Shown here piece after piece: positions 36,324 to 46,600 of a stretch of DNA of 64,000 bases; position 1 is the first letter of the stretch; each line of letters opens with the position of its first letter. Source of the stretch: an uncultured delta proteobacterium (lineage in GTDB: Bacteria; Myxococcota; Myxococcia; Myxococcales; Anaeromyxobacteraceae); the NCBI GenBank assembly GCA_963814585.1, contig CAWFDF010000012.1:224001-288000 (forward strand). Reading direction: 5' to 3'. A model generated the notes under the pieces. The model did not search any database. It had not been told where the DNA came from and saw only the letters and a list, made by a program, of their open reading frames with translations. Both the position numbers and the translations under genes were made by a program.

Positions 36324-36814
36324 GGCCGGCTCCGGTCGACGTGGTGACGCGCCAGGTCCAGGAAGCGAGCCAGCTTGCGGGCCACGGTGCGGCGCGAGAT
36401 CCCCAGCACCTCGGCCACCTCCTCCTGCTCCATGCCGTCGACCAGCACGCCGACGGCCACCGTCTGGGTGGTGGTGTCGAAGCGGGCCAGGACCTGCTGG
36501 ACCAGCTGCCGGTCCGGCACCGGGTCGGCTCCGGCCGAGGCGGCCAGCTCCAGCGGCGGGGCCTCGAGGCCCTCCCCGCGGCGCGTGGCGTTGCGCCGGT
36601 GGTTGAGGCAGTGGTTGGTGGCGACCCGGTAGATCCAGGGGAGCACCGTCTCGCGATCCTCCAGCTTGGCGGTGTCACGGATGAGCCTCATGAAGACCTC
36701 CTGCGTCGCGTCCTTGGCGGCCTCCGGGTCCTTCAGGATCCGGAGGCAGCGGCGGTAGACCACCGGGCCGAAGGTCCGGTACAGCTCCGCCGCCCTGGTG
36801 TGGTGCTCGCCCAC
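36320..36814 (-). CDS. ECF sigma-70 family RNA polymerase sigma factor
   Basis: Region 2 A.DATQEVF..WIYRVATNHCLN; region 4 GMEQEEVAEVLGISRRTVARKL; AAGGAGG RBS before GTG 36814. Confidence 0.9.
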   Translation of the reverse strand: MGEHHTRAAELYRTFGPVVYRRCLRILKDPEAAKDATQEVFMRLIRDTAKLEDRETVLPWIYRVATNHCLNHRRNATRRGEGLEAPPLELAASAGADPVPDRQLVQQVLARFDTTTQTVAVGVLVDGMEQEEVAEVLGISRRTVARKLARFLDLARHHVDRSRP

Positions 36815-36953
36815 GTCCAGCCTCCTTCCCAGGTGACACCCGTCACGCCCGGCGAGTGCCAGACCTTTCGACAGCATCTCCGGAAAGCCCGCCACTTCCC
36901 AGTACCCCGGTCGCAGCGGGCCGGCCCGCGCGCCCGGCCGGCTCCAGGCGCCA

Positions 36954-36995
36954 CGAAACCCCGGGAGCGGCCCTGGCGGCGGGCCGTTCCCGGGG
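36954..36995 (-). terminator. Intrinsic terminator-like hairpin after the DUF5666-like gene
   Basis: CCCCGGGAGCGGCCC / GGGCCGTTCCCGGGG near-perfect stem followed on the minus strand by TTTCG. Confidence 0.55.
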
Positions 36996-37021
36996 TCGAG
37001 GAGCGCCGGGGGGAGCGGGCG

Positions 37022-38488
37022 CTACCGGTCGCCTTCGAGCTCGACCTCCCTGGCGGAGAGCACCGGGTCGACCAGGGCCCCCGGGTCCTTGCCGCGGGCC
37101 TTCACCACGGTCTGGCCCGCGGTCACGGCGGCGAAGAAGTCGGCCGGGGTCATCGACGGCCCATCCACGCCGGAGACCTCGGAGTGGCCTCGGAAGCCGC
37201 CGGCCTCGACCGTGCCGGTGGCGACGGTCTTGCCCAGGATGGTCAGCGTGCCGGCCGCGGCGTCCTTGGCGGTGACCACGCCGCGGATGATGGGCCGGTC
37301 GTCGCTGGACCGCTCCACGCGGGTGGCCACCAGCGAGGTGCCGTCGCGGCCTGGGGCGCCGCGGACCTCGACGAGGTCGCCGGCGGCCAGCGAGGCCACG
37401 GCGTCACGCTGCTCGGTGAGGGCGTCGACCGTGACCAGCACGCCGTTGACGCGGAGCGTGCCGACGCCGGCGGCGTCGACGCTCAGGCCGGCGGCCGCAC
37501 CCTGCAGCAGCGCGCTGGCTCGGAAGGAGACCTTGTGCGCCGCCAGCACGCCGTCGGCGCCGAGCCGCCCCTCGGCCTCCACCTTGACGCCGGGGAGGAG
37601 ATCGCCGGGCAGGCCGCCGCTCCAGGTGGTGCTGGCCGACGTGGTCACCGTGGTGCCGGCCAGCACGAAGGAGGCGGCCGTGCCGGAGGTGACGATCCCC
37701 TCGACCTCGGTCTCACCGCCGACGACGCCGGGCAGCCGATCCTCGATCGAGATGGAGGCCGCCTCGATGACCTGGCCAGGCTGCACCGGCTTCCGGGAGC
37801 GGACCTCCACCAGGTCACCCTGGGCGAGGCCGGCGGGGATGACGGCGCCCCCGAGCAGGTTGACGGTGTAGGTGCCGTCGGCGCCGGCGTCCGGCGAGGT
37901 CTTCAGGGTGAAGCCGCCGGCGGCGAGGTTGGAGACGATCCCCTTCACCTCGAAGTCGTCGCTGGTCCCGGCCAGCCTGTCGATGCGGGTGGCGCGCAGC
38001 CCGCCGCGATCGTCGGCCACGCCGGAGACGCGGACCCGCTGGCCCGCGTCCACCGAGCCGAGCCGGGCGACGTCGTCCTCGAAGTGGGTGCTGTCGTCGA
38101 CGCGGACGACCAGGCCGCCCACCGAAAGGGTGGTGGCGTCCCTGGACGCGACCTTCCCCTTCACGGCGTCCTCGAACTCGATCTCGAGACCCTCGCCGTG
38201 CCGCCCGCTGGCGTCGGCGTGGGCCTTGACCCGCACCACCATCCCGTCGCGCAGCTCGGACTCGGGCCGCTCGACTCCCTCGATCTTCACGGTGGCCGGC
38301 GTGGCGATGGAGACCCCGTTCACCTCGATCTGGCCGGCCGACCGGGCGGTGATGGCCCCCTGCAGGTAGAGGTTGGGCATCGAGCCGACCGGGGCTGGCG
38401 CTCCGGAGGGGTTCGAGGTGGTGCCGCCGCAGGCCACGAGCAGGGCGACGGCGGCGAGGAGCAGGGATCGGGAAGCGGTGGTCTTCAT
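37022..38488 (-). CDS. DUF5666-like repeat lipoprotein
   Basis: Lipobox LVAC; about six repeats of (V/L).G.(V/I)...(F/L).V.G..V....T....L..G..V.V.G....(A/G)..(I/V). Confidence 0.78.
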   Translation of the reverse strand: MKTTASRSLLLAAVALLVACGGTTSNPSGAPAPVGSMPNLYLQGAITARSAGQIEVNGVSIATPATVKIEGVERPESELRDGMVVRVKAHADASGRHGEGLEIEFEDAVKGKVASRDATTLSVGGLVVRVDDSTHFEDDVARLGSVDAGQRVRVSGVADDRGGLRATRIDRLAGTSDDFEVKGIVSNLAAGGFTLKTSPDAGADGTYTVNLLGGAVIPAGLAQGDLVEVRSRKPVQPGQVIEAASISIEDRLPGVVGGETEVEGIVTSGTAASFVLAGTTVTTSASTTWSGGLPGDLLPGVKVEAEGRLGADGVLAAHKVSFRASALLQGAAAGLSVDAAGVGTLRVNGVLVTVDALTEQRDAVASLAAGDLVEVRGAPGRDGTSLVATRVERSSDDRPIIRGVVTAKDAAAGTLTILGKTVATGTVEAGGFRGHSEVSGVDGPSMTPADFFAAVTAGQTVVKARGKDPGALVDPVLSAREVELEGDR

Positions 38489-38571
38489 GGGTGGCGCCTT
38501 TCGGGCTGGGTGTCTGGACTGTTGACACCGGGCCCCGGCCGCCACGGGCACGCCCCAGGAGGGGCGCGAGC

Positions 38572-39369
38572 TCACTTGTCGGTCTGCAGGATGACCGGGA
38601 GCCCGCTCTTGCCGCCGCCCACCACCACGATCTTGGTGTTGGGGCTGAGCGCCAGCGCCTGGGTGGCCTCGATCCCCTTCCACTGCAGGTACTCGCTGGT
38701 GAGTCCCTGCCGGACGATCGACTGGTACTTGGCGATGCCCTCCGCCTCCACCTGCTTGCGCTGCGCCTCCTGCCGCTCCTTGTCGAGCGTGAACTTCATC
38801 TTCTGCGAGCGCTGCTCCTCGGCCAGCTTGTCGGCGATGGCGGTCTTGATGGTGTCCGGCAGCGACACGTCGCGGACCAGCACCGCCTCCACCACCACGT
38901 GCTTGCCGGTGAGCGCCTTGAGCACCTCGTCGTAGATCTGCCGCTCGATCTCCTCGCGCTTGGTCGAGTAGATCTCCTCGGGCTGGTAGCGGCCGAAGAC
39001 CTTGCGCGCCTCGGAGCGGACCACCGGCCCGATGAGCTTCTGGTCGTAGTCGGGGCCGATCTTGGTCTGCAGCTCGAAGAGCTCGTCCTCCTTGGGCCGG
39101 TAGCGGATGGAGGCGTCCACCACCATGGTCAGGCCGTTGGAGGAGATGACCGCCAGCTGCTCCTTCATCTCGTGGACCCGGGTGTCGTACGGGATGACCG
39201 AGTTCCAGACCGGCATGACGTGCAGCCCCTCCCCGACCACCTGCTTGGATGTGCCGCCTCCCAGCGACTTGAAGACGATGCCGCGGTGGCCGGACTGGAC
39301 CACCGGGCAGCGGCAGCCCTCCAGGAAGGGCATGACGGCGAGGGCGGCGACGAGGAGGGTGCGGCGCAT
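38572..39369 (-). CDS. SPFH/prohibitin-family membrane protein (possible lipoprotein)
   Basis: G.RGIVF, GEGLH..P.W, IGPDY, R.V.LP..I..AI..KL, EAEG; GGAG RBS. Confidence 0.88.
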   Translation of the reverse strand: MRRTLLVAALAVMPFLEGCRCPVVQSGHRGIVFKSLGGGTSKQVVGEGLHVMPVWNSVIPYDTRVHEMKEQLAVISSNGLTMVVDASIRYRPKEDELFELQTKIGPDYDQKLIGPVVRSEARKVFGRYQPEEIYSTKREEIERQIYDEVLKALTGKHVVVEAVLVRDVSLPDTIKTAIADKLAEEQRSQKMKFTLDKERQEAQRKQVEAEGIAKYQSIVRQGLTSEYLQWKGIEATQALALSPNTKIVVVGGGKSGLPVILQTDK

Positions 39370-39505
39370 GGAGGCTCCTTGGGTGGTTGCGGGGATCGTA
39401 CTCCGTCCCACCTGCGGCCACCCCCCGAATCGGCGGGTCCCGGAATCCACCCGCCCGACCCTGCCGGAGCGGGATCCCGGCCGGGATCCCCGTTAAGGTG
39501 GTCCG

Positions 39506-40963
39506 ATGGAAGGGACCGTGACGCTGCCGCTCTGGGGGGCGCTCCTCCTGCTGGCCCTGGCCGCGGTGGCGCTGCTCGACCGGCTCCTCGTGCCCGGCCT
39601 CCGCTGGTACCTGCGCCGCCGGGTCAACGTGGTCATCGACCGGCTCAACGCCCGGCTCCGGCTCCACATCCAGCCTTTCAAGATGACCCGCCGCGCCGTG
39701 CTGGTGGACCGGCTCACCTTCGACCCGAAGGTGCTCGAGGCGGTGGAGGCGCACGCCCGCGACTCCGGCGAGCCGCGAGCCGCGGTCCAGGCGCGGGTGG
39801 CCCGCTATGCCGGCGAGATCGTCCCGGCCTTCAAGCCCTACGCCTACTTCCAGGTGGGCTACCGGGTCGCCCGCGCCGTGGCCCGCCTGCTCTACCGCGT
39901 CCGCATCGGCTACCAGGACGACGAGGGGCTCTCCCGCATCGACCCGAGGGCCAGCGTGGTGTTCGTGGTGAACCACCGCTCCAACATGGACTACGTGCTG
40001 GTGGCCTACCTGGCGGCGGAGCGGACCGCCCTCTCCTACGCGGTGGGTGAATGGGCCCAGGTCTGGCCGCTGCAGATGCTCATCCGCTCCATGGGGGCCT
40101 ACTTCATCCGCCGCAACTCCAAGGACCCCATCTACCGGCGCGTGCTGGAGCGCTACGTCCAGATGGCCACCGAGGCCGGCGTGGTCCAGGCGGTCTTCCC
40201 GGAGGGCGGCCTGACGCGCGACGGGGCGCTGCGCCCGCCCCGGCTCGGACTCATCGACTACATGCTGCGCACCTTCGACCCGGCCGGAGCCCGCGACCTC
40301 TGCTTCGTGCCGGTGGGCATCAACTACGACCGGGTCCTGGAGGACCGGGCCCTCCTGGCCCAGGCCGCCGGGGAGGCCCCGCGGGGCCTGATCGCCACCA
40401 CCGCCTCGGCCACGCGCTTCGGCCTGCGGCAGGCGCTGCTCTGGTCGCTGGGGCGCTGGCATCGCTTCGGCTACGCCTGCGTCAACTTCGGGACGCCGAT
40501 CTCCATGCGCGAGTGGTCGGCCGCCCACGGCATCGACTGGCGCACCCTGGGCCGGGAGGCGCGCGCGGCGCGGGTCGAGGCGCTCGGCCGCGAGCTCATG
40601 GGGGCGGTGGCGCGGGTGATCCCGGCGCTGCCGGTCTCGCTCCTCGCGACCGCGCTCCTCGAGGGCAGCGGCGAGGCGCCGGTCTCCACCATCGACCTGC
40701 ACGCCCGCACCCAGTCGCTCATGCGCCGGCTTGGCGCGGCCGGCGCCCACGTCTACCTGCCGCGCGAGGACGAGGCCTACGCCATCGAGGTGGGGCTGCG
40801 GACGCTGGTGCAGCGGCGGGTGGTGGAGGAGCGGGACGGCGGCTGGGTGACGGCGCCGGGAGAGGGGCCGGTGCTGCGGTACTACGCCGCCGCCATCGCA
40901 CCCCTGCTGGCCGGGTCGCCCGCCTCCGGCCAGCCCGACCTGACGTCCCGTCTCACGGCGTGA
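39506..40963 (+). CDS. Glycerol-3-phosphate acyltransferase (PlsB-like, LPLAT superfamily)
   Basis: NHRSNMDY (HX4D), GAYFIRR, FPEGG, VPVGINYD. Confidence 0.85.
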   Translation: MEGTVTLPLWGALLLLALAAVALLDRLLVPGLRWYLRRRVNVVIDRLNARLRLHIQPFKMTRRAVLVDRLTFDPKVLEAVEAHARDSGEPRAAVQARVARYAGEIVPAFKPYAYFQVGYRVARAVARLLYRVRIGYQDDEGLSRIDPRASVVFVVNHRSNMDYVLVAYLAAERTALSYAVGEWAQVWPLQMLIRSMGAYFIRRNSKDPIYRRVLERYVQMATEAGVVQAVFPEGGLTRDGALRPPRLGLIDYMLRTFDPAGARDLCFVPVGINYDRVLEDRALLAQAAGEAPRGLIATTASATRFGLRQALLWSLGRWHRFGYACVNFGTPISMREWSAAHGIDWRTLGREARAARVEALGRELMGAVARVIPALPVSLLATALLEGSGEAPVSTIDLHARTQSLMRRLGAAGAHVYLPREDEAYAIEVGLRTLVQRRVVEERDGGWVTAPGEGPVLRYYAAAIAPLLAGSPASGQPDLTSRLTA

Positions 40964-41054
40964 TGGTACAGCCAAGCGCCCCGAAAGCTGATATGGAGCG
41001 GACGTTTGGGCCCCGGAACCCGTGACCAGGCCCCGGCCCGCTGCCGCTCCCGCG

Positions 41055-42143
41055 ATGAACCACCGACTTCTCACCCTCCTCGCCGCCGCCCTGGCCCAGG
41101 GCCTCGCGCCGTCGGCGTCCGCCGAGGACCTCGCTCGTCCAGCTGCCGTCCAGCTCCAGGGCCCTGGGCTCGCCGCCTCGCCCGGCCACCCGGCCGGCTG
41201 GCCCCCGGCCCGGGAGATCCCCGACGCCACCGAGTGCGCGCGGATCCGACAGGAGCTCGGCCTGGCGCGGGACGGGTCGCTCTGCCTGACCGTGAAGCCG
41301 TCCACGGGCAGCGTCACGCTGTTCCTCCCCCTCGACGCGTCTCGCCCGGAGGAGGTGGCCAGCGTCGCGGCCGGCCGCCTCCAGCCCGCCGTCCTCGACG
41401 CCCGGCCCGGCGGGGACCCCGGCCGCCTCGAGCTGGAGGCCATCGGCGTCGACGGGGTCCGGCTGGATCCCCGCTACGAGAAGCTGGCCCGGCACTCGGT
41501 CTACCTGGCGGGCATGGGGGCCGCGGTCATGGGGACCATGATCGTGATGCCCCCCTCGGTCTCGAAGTGGAACACGGTGGACCGGGCCGCCTTCGTCGGC
41601 GCCATGCCGAGTGAGTGGTCCGGCCACGTCAGCCAGGGGCCGATCGTCGACGTCGACGAGTGGGCGGTCAACTACATCGGCCATCCCATCTCCGGGAGCT
41701 TCTACTACCAGATCGCCCGCCACGACGGCTTCGGCGTGCTTGGCTCGACCCTCTACTCGGCGCTGATGTCCACCTTCTTCTGGGAGTACGGCATCGAGGC
41801 CTTCGCCGAGATTCCCTCGGTGCAGGACATCGTCGTGACCCCCCTGGGCGGCGCCCTGCTCGGGGAGGCCTTCTTCCAGGCCGAGCAGGCGCTCGACCGG
41901 AACGGCGGGACCGTGTTCGGCTCGCGGATCCTCGGCGAGACGGCCCGGGTGCTCCTGAATCCGGCCGGCGCCCTGGTCAACGGGCTGGACTGGATGCTGG
42001 TGAGCCCCGCCAATCCCTCGGCGCCCCAGGGGCGCGGCCTGAGCGCCCACTCGACCCTGGTGGCCTACCAGCGGACCGATCCCAGCCGCCCGCAGCTGAG
42101 GGACAACTACCTCGGCGTGCAGCTGGTCTTCACCCTGCCCTAG
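41055..42143 (+). CDS. DUF3943-like exported/membrane protein
   Basis: Signal peptide; GP..D.D.W.VNYIGHPISGS.YY..AR, WEYGIEAFAE.PS.QD...TP..G..LGE. Confidence 0.72.
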   Translation: MNHRLLTLLAAALAQGLAPSASAEDLARPAAVQLQGPGLAASPGHPAGWPPAREIPDATECARIRQELGLARDGSLCLTVKPSTGSVTLFLPLDASRPEEVASVAAGRLQPAVLDARPGGDPGRLELEAIGVDGVRLDPRYEKLARHSVYLAGMGAAVMGTMIVMPPSVSKWNTVDRAAFVGAMPSEWSGHVSQGPIVDVDEWAVNYIGHPISGSFYYQIARHDGFGVLGSTLYSALMSTFFWEYGIEAFAEIPSVQDIVVTPLGGALLGEAFFQAEQALDRNGGTVFGSRILGETARVLLNPAGALVNGLDWMLVSPANPSAPQGRGLSAHSTLVAYQRTDPSRPQLRDNYLGVQLVFTLP

Positions 42144-43671
42144 GGCCACCGGCCCCAGGGCTCGAGGCGCCGGGGCCGGGATCTACGAAGGGCAGCACGG
42201 TCTCCCCGTGCGAGAGGAAGCGGTCGACGGCCTGCGCCGCCTGGCGCCCCTCGCGGATGGCCCAGACCACCAGCGACTGGCCGCGCGCCATGTCGCCGGC
42301 GGCGAAGACGCCCGGCACGCTGGTCATCTTGTCGGCGTCGGTCCAGACGTTGCCGCGCTCGTCGAGCCTGCAGCCGAGCTGCCCCGGCACCGTCTTCTCC
42401 GGCCCGGTGAAGCCGAGGGCCAGCAGCACCAGCTCGGCCGGGATCACCCGCTCGCTCCCGGCCACCTCCTGCGGCCCGAAGCGGCCGTCGGCCCCCTTCC
42501 TCCACTCCACCGAGACCAGCTGCAGCGACCGGACGCGGCCATCGGCGTCGCCCTCGAACTTCCTGGTGAGGACGGCGTACTGGCGCGGATCGGCCCCCTG
42601 CAGCGCGCTGGCCTCCTCCTGCCCGTAGTCGAGCCGGTAGACCTTGGGCCACTGCGGCCAGGGGTTGTCGGCGGCGCGCTGGTCGGGCGGGCGCGGCAGG
42701 ATCTCGAGCTGGGTGACGCTCTTCGCCCCGTGGCGCAGGGCGGTGCCGACGCAGTCGGTGCCGGTGTCGCCGCCGCCGATGACCACCACGTGCTTCCCCG
42801 TGGCCGAGACGTACTGGCAATCGGCCAGCCTCGAGTCGAGCAGGCTCTTGGTGTTCTTGTGGAGGAACTCCATGGCCAGGTGGATGCCTCGCAGCTGGCG
42901 CCCCTCCACCGGCAGGTCCCGCGCCATGGTGGCGCCCCCGCAGAGGACCACCGCCTCGTAGTCCTTCACCAGCCGGTCGGCGGTGATGTGGGTGCCGATC
43001 TCGGTGGAGGTGACGAAGCGGATCCCCTCGTCGGCCAGCAGCTTGACCCGCCGCTCCACGAACTGCTTGTCGAGCTTCATGTTGGGGATGCCGTACATGA
43101 GCAGGCCGCCGATCCGGTCGGCCCGCTCGAAGACGGTGACCACGTGCCCGGCCCTGTTGAGCTGCGCGGCGCAGGACAGGCCGGCCGGCCCGGAGCCCAC
43201 CACCGCCACCCGCTTTCCGGTCCGGACCGGCGGCGGCTCGGCCACCACCCACCCCTCGGCGAAGGCCCGGTCGACGATCTCGGCCTCGATGGACTTGATG
43301 GTGACGGCCTCGCCGTTGAGCGCGCAGGTGCAGCTGCCCTCGCAGGGTGCCGGGCAGACCCGCCCGGTGAACTCGGGGAAGTTGTTGGTCTTGGCCAGCC
43401 GGATGTACGCCTCCCGCCACTGGCCGCGGTAGACGAGGTCGTTCCACTCCGGGATGAGGTTGTTGATGGGACAGCCCGAGGCCATCCCGGCGATCAGGAT
43501 GCCGGTGTGGCAGAAGGGGATGCCGCAGTCCATGCAGCGCGCCCCCTGCTGGCGGAGCGTCGCCTCGGCCCAGGCCGGGTGGGTCTCGCTCCAGTCCTTC
43601 ACCCGCTCGAGCGGCGGGCGATCGTGCCTCGGCTCGCGCGGGAACTCGATGAATCCGGTCGGCTTGCCCAT
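42130..43671 (-). CDS. gltD: Glutamate synthase small subunit
   Basis: MGKPTGF, RCMDCGIPFCH, NNFPEFTGRVCPAPC, GSGPAG, IGGGDTGTDC, RGQSLVVWAI.EGR. Confidence 0.96.
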   Translation of the reverse strand: MGKPTGFIEFPREPRHDRPPLERVKDWSETHPAWAEATLRQQGARCMDCGIPFCHTGILIAGMASGCPINNLIPEWNDLVYRGQWREAYIRLAKTNNFPEFTGRVCPAPCEGSCTCALNGEAVTIKSIEAEIVDRAFAEGWVVAEPPPVRTGKRVAVVGSGPAGLSCAAQLNRAGHVVTVFERADRIGGLLMYGIPNMKLDKQFVERRVKLLADEGIRFVTSTEIGTHITADRLVKDYEAVVLCGGATMARDLPVEGRQLRGIHLAMEFLHKNTKSLLDSRLADCQYVSATGKHVVVIGGGDTGTDCVGTALRHGAKSVTQLEILPRPPDQRAADNPWPQWPKVYRLDYGQEEASALQGADPRQYAVLTRKFEGDADGRVRSLQLVSVEWRKGADGRFGPQEVAGSERVIPAELVLLALGFTGPEKTVPGQLGCRLDERGNVWTDADKMTSVPGVFAAGDMARGQSLVVWAIREGRQAAQAVDRFLSHGETVLPFVDPGPGASSPGAGGPRAG

Positions 43672-43673
43672 GC

Positions 43674-46600
43674 CTAGTTCCCACCCACCCGCGCCTGGTC
43701 CCGCGCGTTCATCTCGAAGGCCGCCAGCTCCGCCTCCTCGGGCGACATCCCGGTGGCCCGAAGCCGGCGCTGCGACTCCAACATGCGCCGGTAGTCGTGT
43801 GGCCACACCTTCACGAACCGCGGCAGGGTGGCCTTCCAGTCGGCCAGCAGCCGCTTCCCCAGCTCGCTGCCGGTGAGGGCCACGTGGCGCTCGATGAGCG
43901 CCCTCAGCGCCCCGGCGTCCTCCGGCTCCACCACCGGGCCGAGCCCGACCATCTCCAGGTTGCAGGAGACGGCGAAGGCGCCGTCGGCGTCGTGGACGTA
44001 GGCCACCCCTCCCGACATGCCGGCGGCGAAGTTGCGGCCGGTCGGGCCCAGCACCGCCACGGTGCCGCCCGTCATGTACTCGCAGCCGTGGTCGCCGACC
44101 CCCTCGACCACCGCGACGGCGCCCGAGTTGCGCACCGCGAACCGCTCACCGGCCACGCCGCGGATGAAGGCCTCGCCGCCGGTGGCGCCGTAGAGCGCCA
44201 CGTTGCCGATGACGACGTTCTCCTCGGCGACGAAGCCGGCGTCCCGGGGCGGGAAGACCGCCAGCGTGCCGCCCGAGAGCCCCTTGCCGAGGTAGTCGTT
44301 GGCGTCGCCCTCCAGCAGCAGCGTCATGCCGCGGGGGATGAAGGCCCCGAAGGACTGGCCGGCCGAGCCGGTGAAGCGGAAGGTGATGGTGCCGGGCGGC
44401 AGCCCGGCGGCGCCGTGCCGGCGCGTCACCTCCGAGCCGGTCATGGTGCCCACCACCCGGTTGGTGTTGCGGATGGGCAGGCTGGCCTCCACCTTCTTCC
44501 CCTCCTCGATGGCCGGCCGGGCCAGCGGCAGGAGGGTGGTGGCGTCGAGGCTCCGCTCCACGCCGTGATCCTGCGGGATCGAGCAGGTCCGGCCGAAGGC
44601 GCGCGGCACCGTGGGCTTGTAGAGGATGCGCGAGAAGTCGAGGTTTCGGGCCTTCCAGTGATCGACGGCGCGGCGCATCTCCAGCCGCTCCGAGCGCCCC
44701 ACCATCTCCTCGACGGTGCGGAAGCCCAGCACGGCCATGTACTCCCGGACCTCCTGGGCGATGAAGCGCATGAAGTTGACCACGTGGGCCGGATCGCCGG
44801 TGAAGCGGGCCCGCAGCTGCGGATCCTGGGTGGCCACGCCGACCGGGCAGGTGTTGAGGTGGCAGGCGCGCATCATGATGCAGCCCAGCGACACCAGCGG
44901 CCCGGTGGCGAACCCGAACTCCTCGGCGCCGAGCAGCGCGCCCACCACCACGTCGCGGCCGGTCTTGAGCTGGCCGTCCACCTCGACGGCGATGCGGCTG
45001 CGCAGGTCGTTGAGGACCAGCACCTGGTGGGTCTCGGCCAGGCCGAGCTCCCAGGGGATGCCGGCGTGCTTGATCGAGGTGAGCGGGGAGGCGCCCGTGC
45101 CGCCGTCGTGGCCGGCGATGAGCACCACGTCGGCGTGCGCCTTGGCGACGCCGGCGGCGATGGTCCCGACGCCCACCTCGGCGACCAGCTTCACCGAGAT
45201 GCGGGCCTTGTGGTTGGCGTTCTTGAGGTCGTGGATCAGCTGCGCCAGGTCCTCGATGGAGTAGATGTCGTGGTGCGGCGGCGGCGAGATCAGCCCCACG
45301 CCCGGGGTGGCGTGGCGCACCCGGGCGATCCACGGGTAGACCTTGGAGCCTGGCAGCTGGCCGCCCTCGCCCGGCTTGGCCCCCTGCGCCATCTTGATCT
45401 GGAGCTCGCGGGCGTTGACCAGGTACAGGCTGGTGACGCCGAAGCGGGCGCTGGCCACCTGCTTGATGGCCGAGTTCTTGGAGTCGCCGTTCGGCTCCGG
45501 CACGTAGCGGGCCGGGTCCTCCCCGCCCTCGCCGGTGTTCGACTTGGCCCCGATGCGGTTCATGGCGATGGCCAGCGCCTCGTGGGCCTCCTTGGAGATG
45601 GAGCCGTAGCTCATGGCCCCGGTCTTGAAGCGGCGCATGATGGCCTCGACCGGCTCGACCTCCTCGATGGGCACCGGCCTGGCGGCCGGCTTGAAGTCCA
45701 TCAGGCCGCGCAGCGTGCAGAGGTGCGTGGCCTGGTTGTCGACCAGCGCGGTGTAGTCCTTGAACGCCCGGTAGTCGCCGGTGCGGGTGGCCACCTGGAG
45801 CCGGTGGACGGTCTCGGGGTTGAAGAGGTGGTGCTCGCCGCCGGCCCGGTACTGGTACTGGCCGCCGGCCGGCAGGCTGCGGTGGAAGACCGGGCGGCGC
45901 GGCGGGAAGCCGCGCTCGTGGCGCTGCCGCGCCTCGGACGCCACCACGTCGATGCCCACGCCGCCGATGCGGGTGGCGGTCCAGGTGAAGTACTCGTCGA
46001 TGAAGTCCTGGTTGAGCCCGACCGCCTCGAACACCTGGGCGCCGTGGTAGCTCTGGATGGTCGAGATGCCCATCTTGGAGATGACCTTGACGATCCCCTT
46101 GGCCACCGCCTTGGCGTACTTCTTCTCGGCGTCGGCGGCCGAGCCCGGGATCATCCCCAGCTTCACCTGGTCGTGGATGGTCTCGAAGGCGAGGTAGGGG
46201 TTGACCGCCGACGCGCCGTAGCCGATCAGCAGCGCGAAGTGGTGCACCTCCCTGGGCTCGCCCGACTCCAGGACGATGCCACAGCGGGTCCGCGTCCCTT
46301 CCCGGATGAGGTGGTGCTGCACGGCCGAGACCGCCAGCAGCGAGGGGATGGGGGCGTCCTCGGCGTCGTGGCCGCGGTCGGAGAGGACGATGATGTTGCA
46401 CCCCTCGGCGAGGCACTCCGAGACCCGCCAGCGCAGGTCCTCGAGCGCCTTGCGCAGGCCGGCGCCGCCCGCCGAGGCCTTGAAGAGGATGGGGAGGGTG
46501 ATGGCCTTGAGCCCCTTGGCCCCGGCCCCGCCGTCCAGCCCCCGGATCTTCTCCAGGTCCTCGTTCCGGATCACCGGCGAGGGGAGCGCCAGCTGGCGCG

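Noticed and set aside
37022..41443. 1473-aa ORF as a single giant protein
   Set aside because: Only the last 488 aa, starting at a lipoprotein signal at 38488, look coding; the rest overlaps SPFH and acyltransferase genes in other frames
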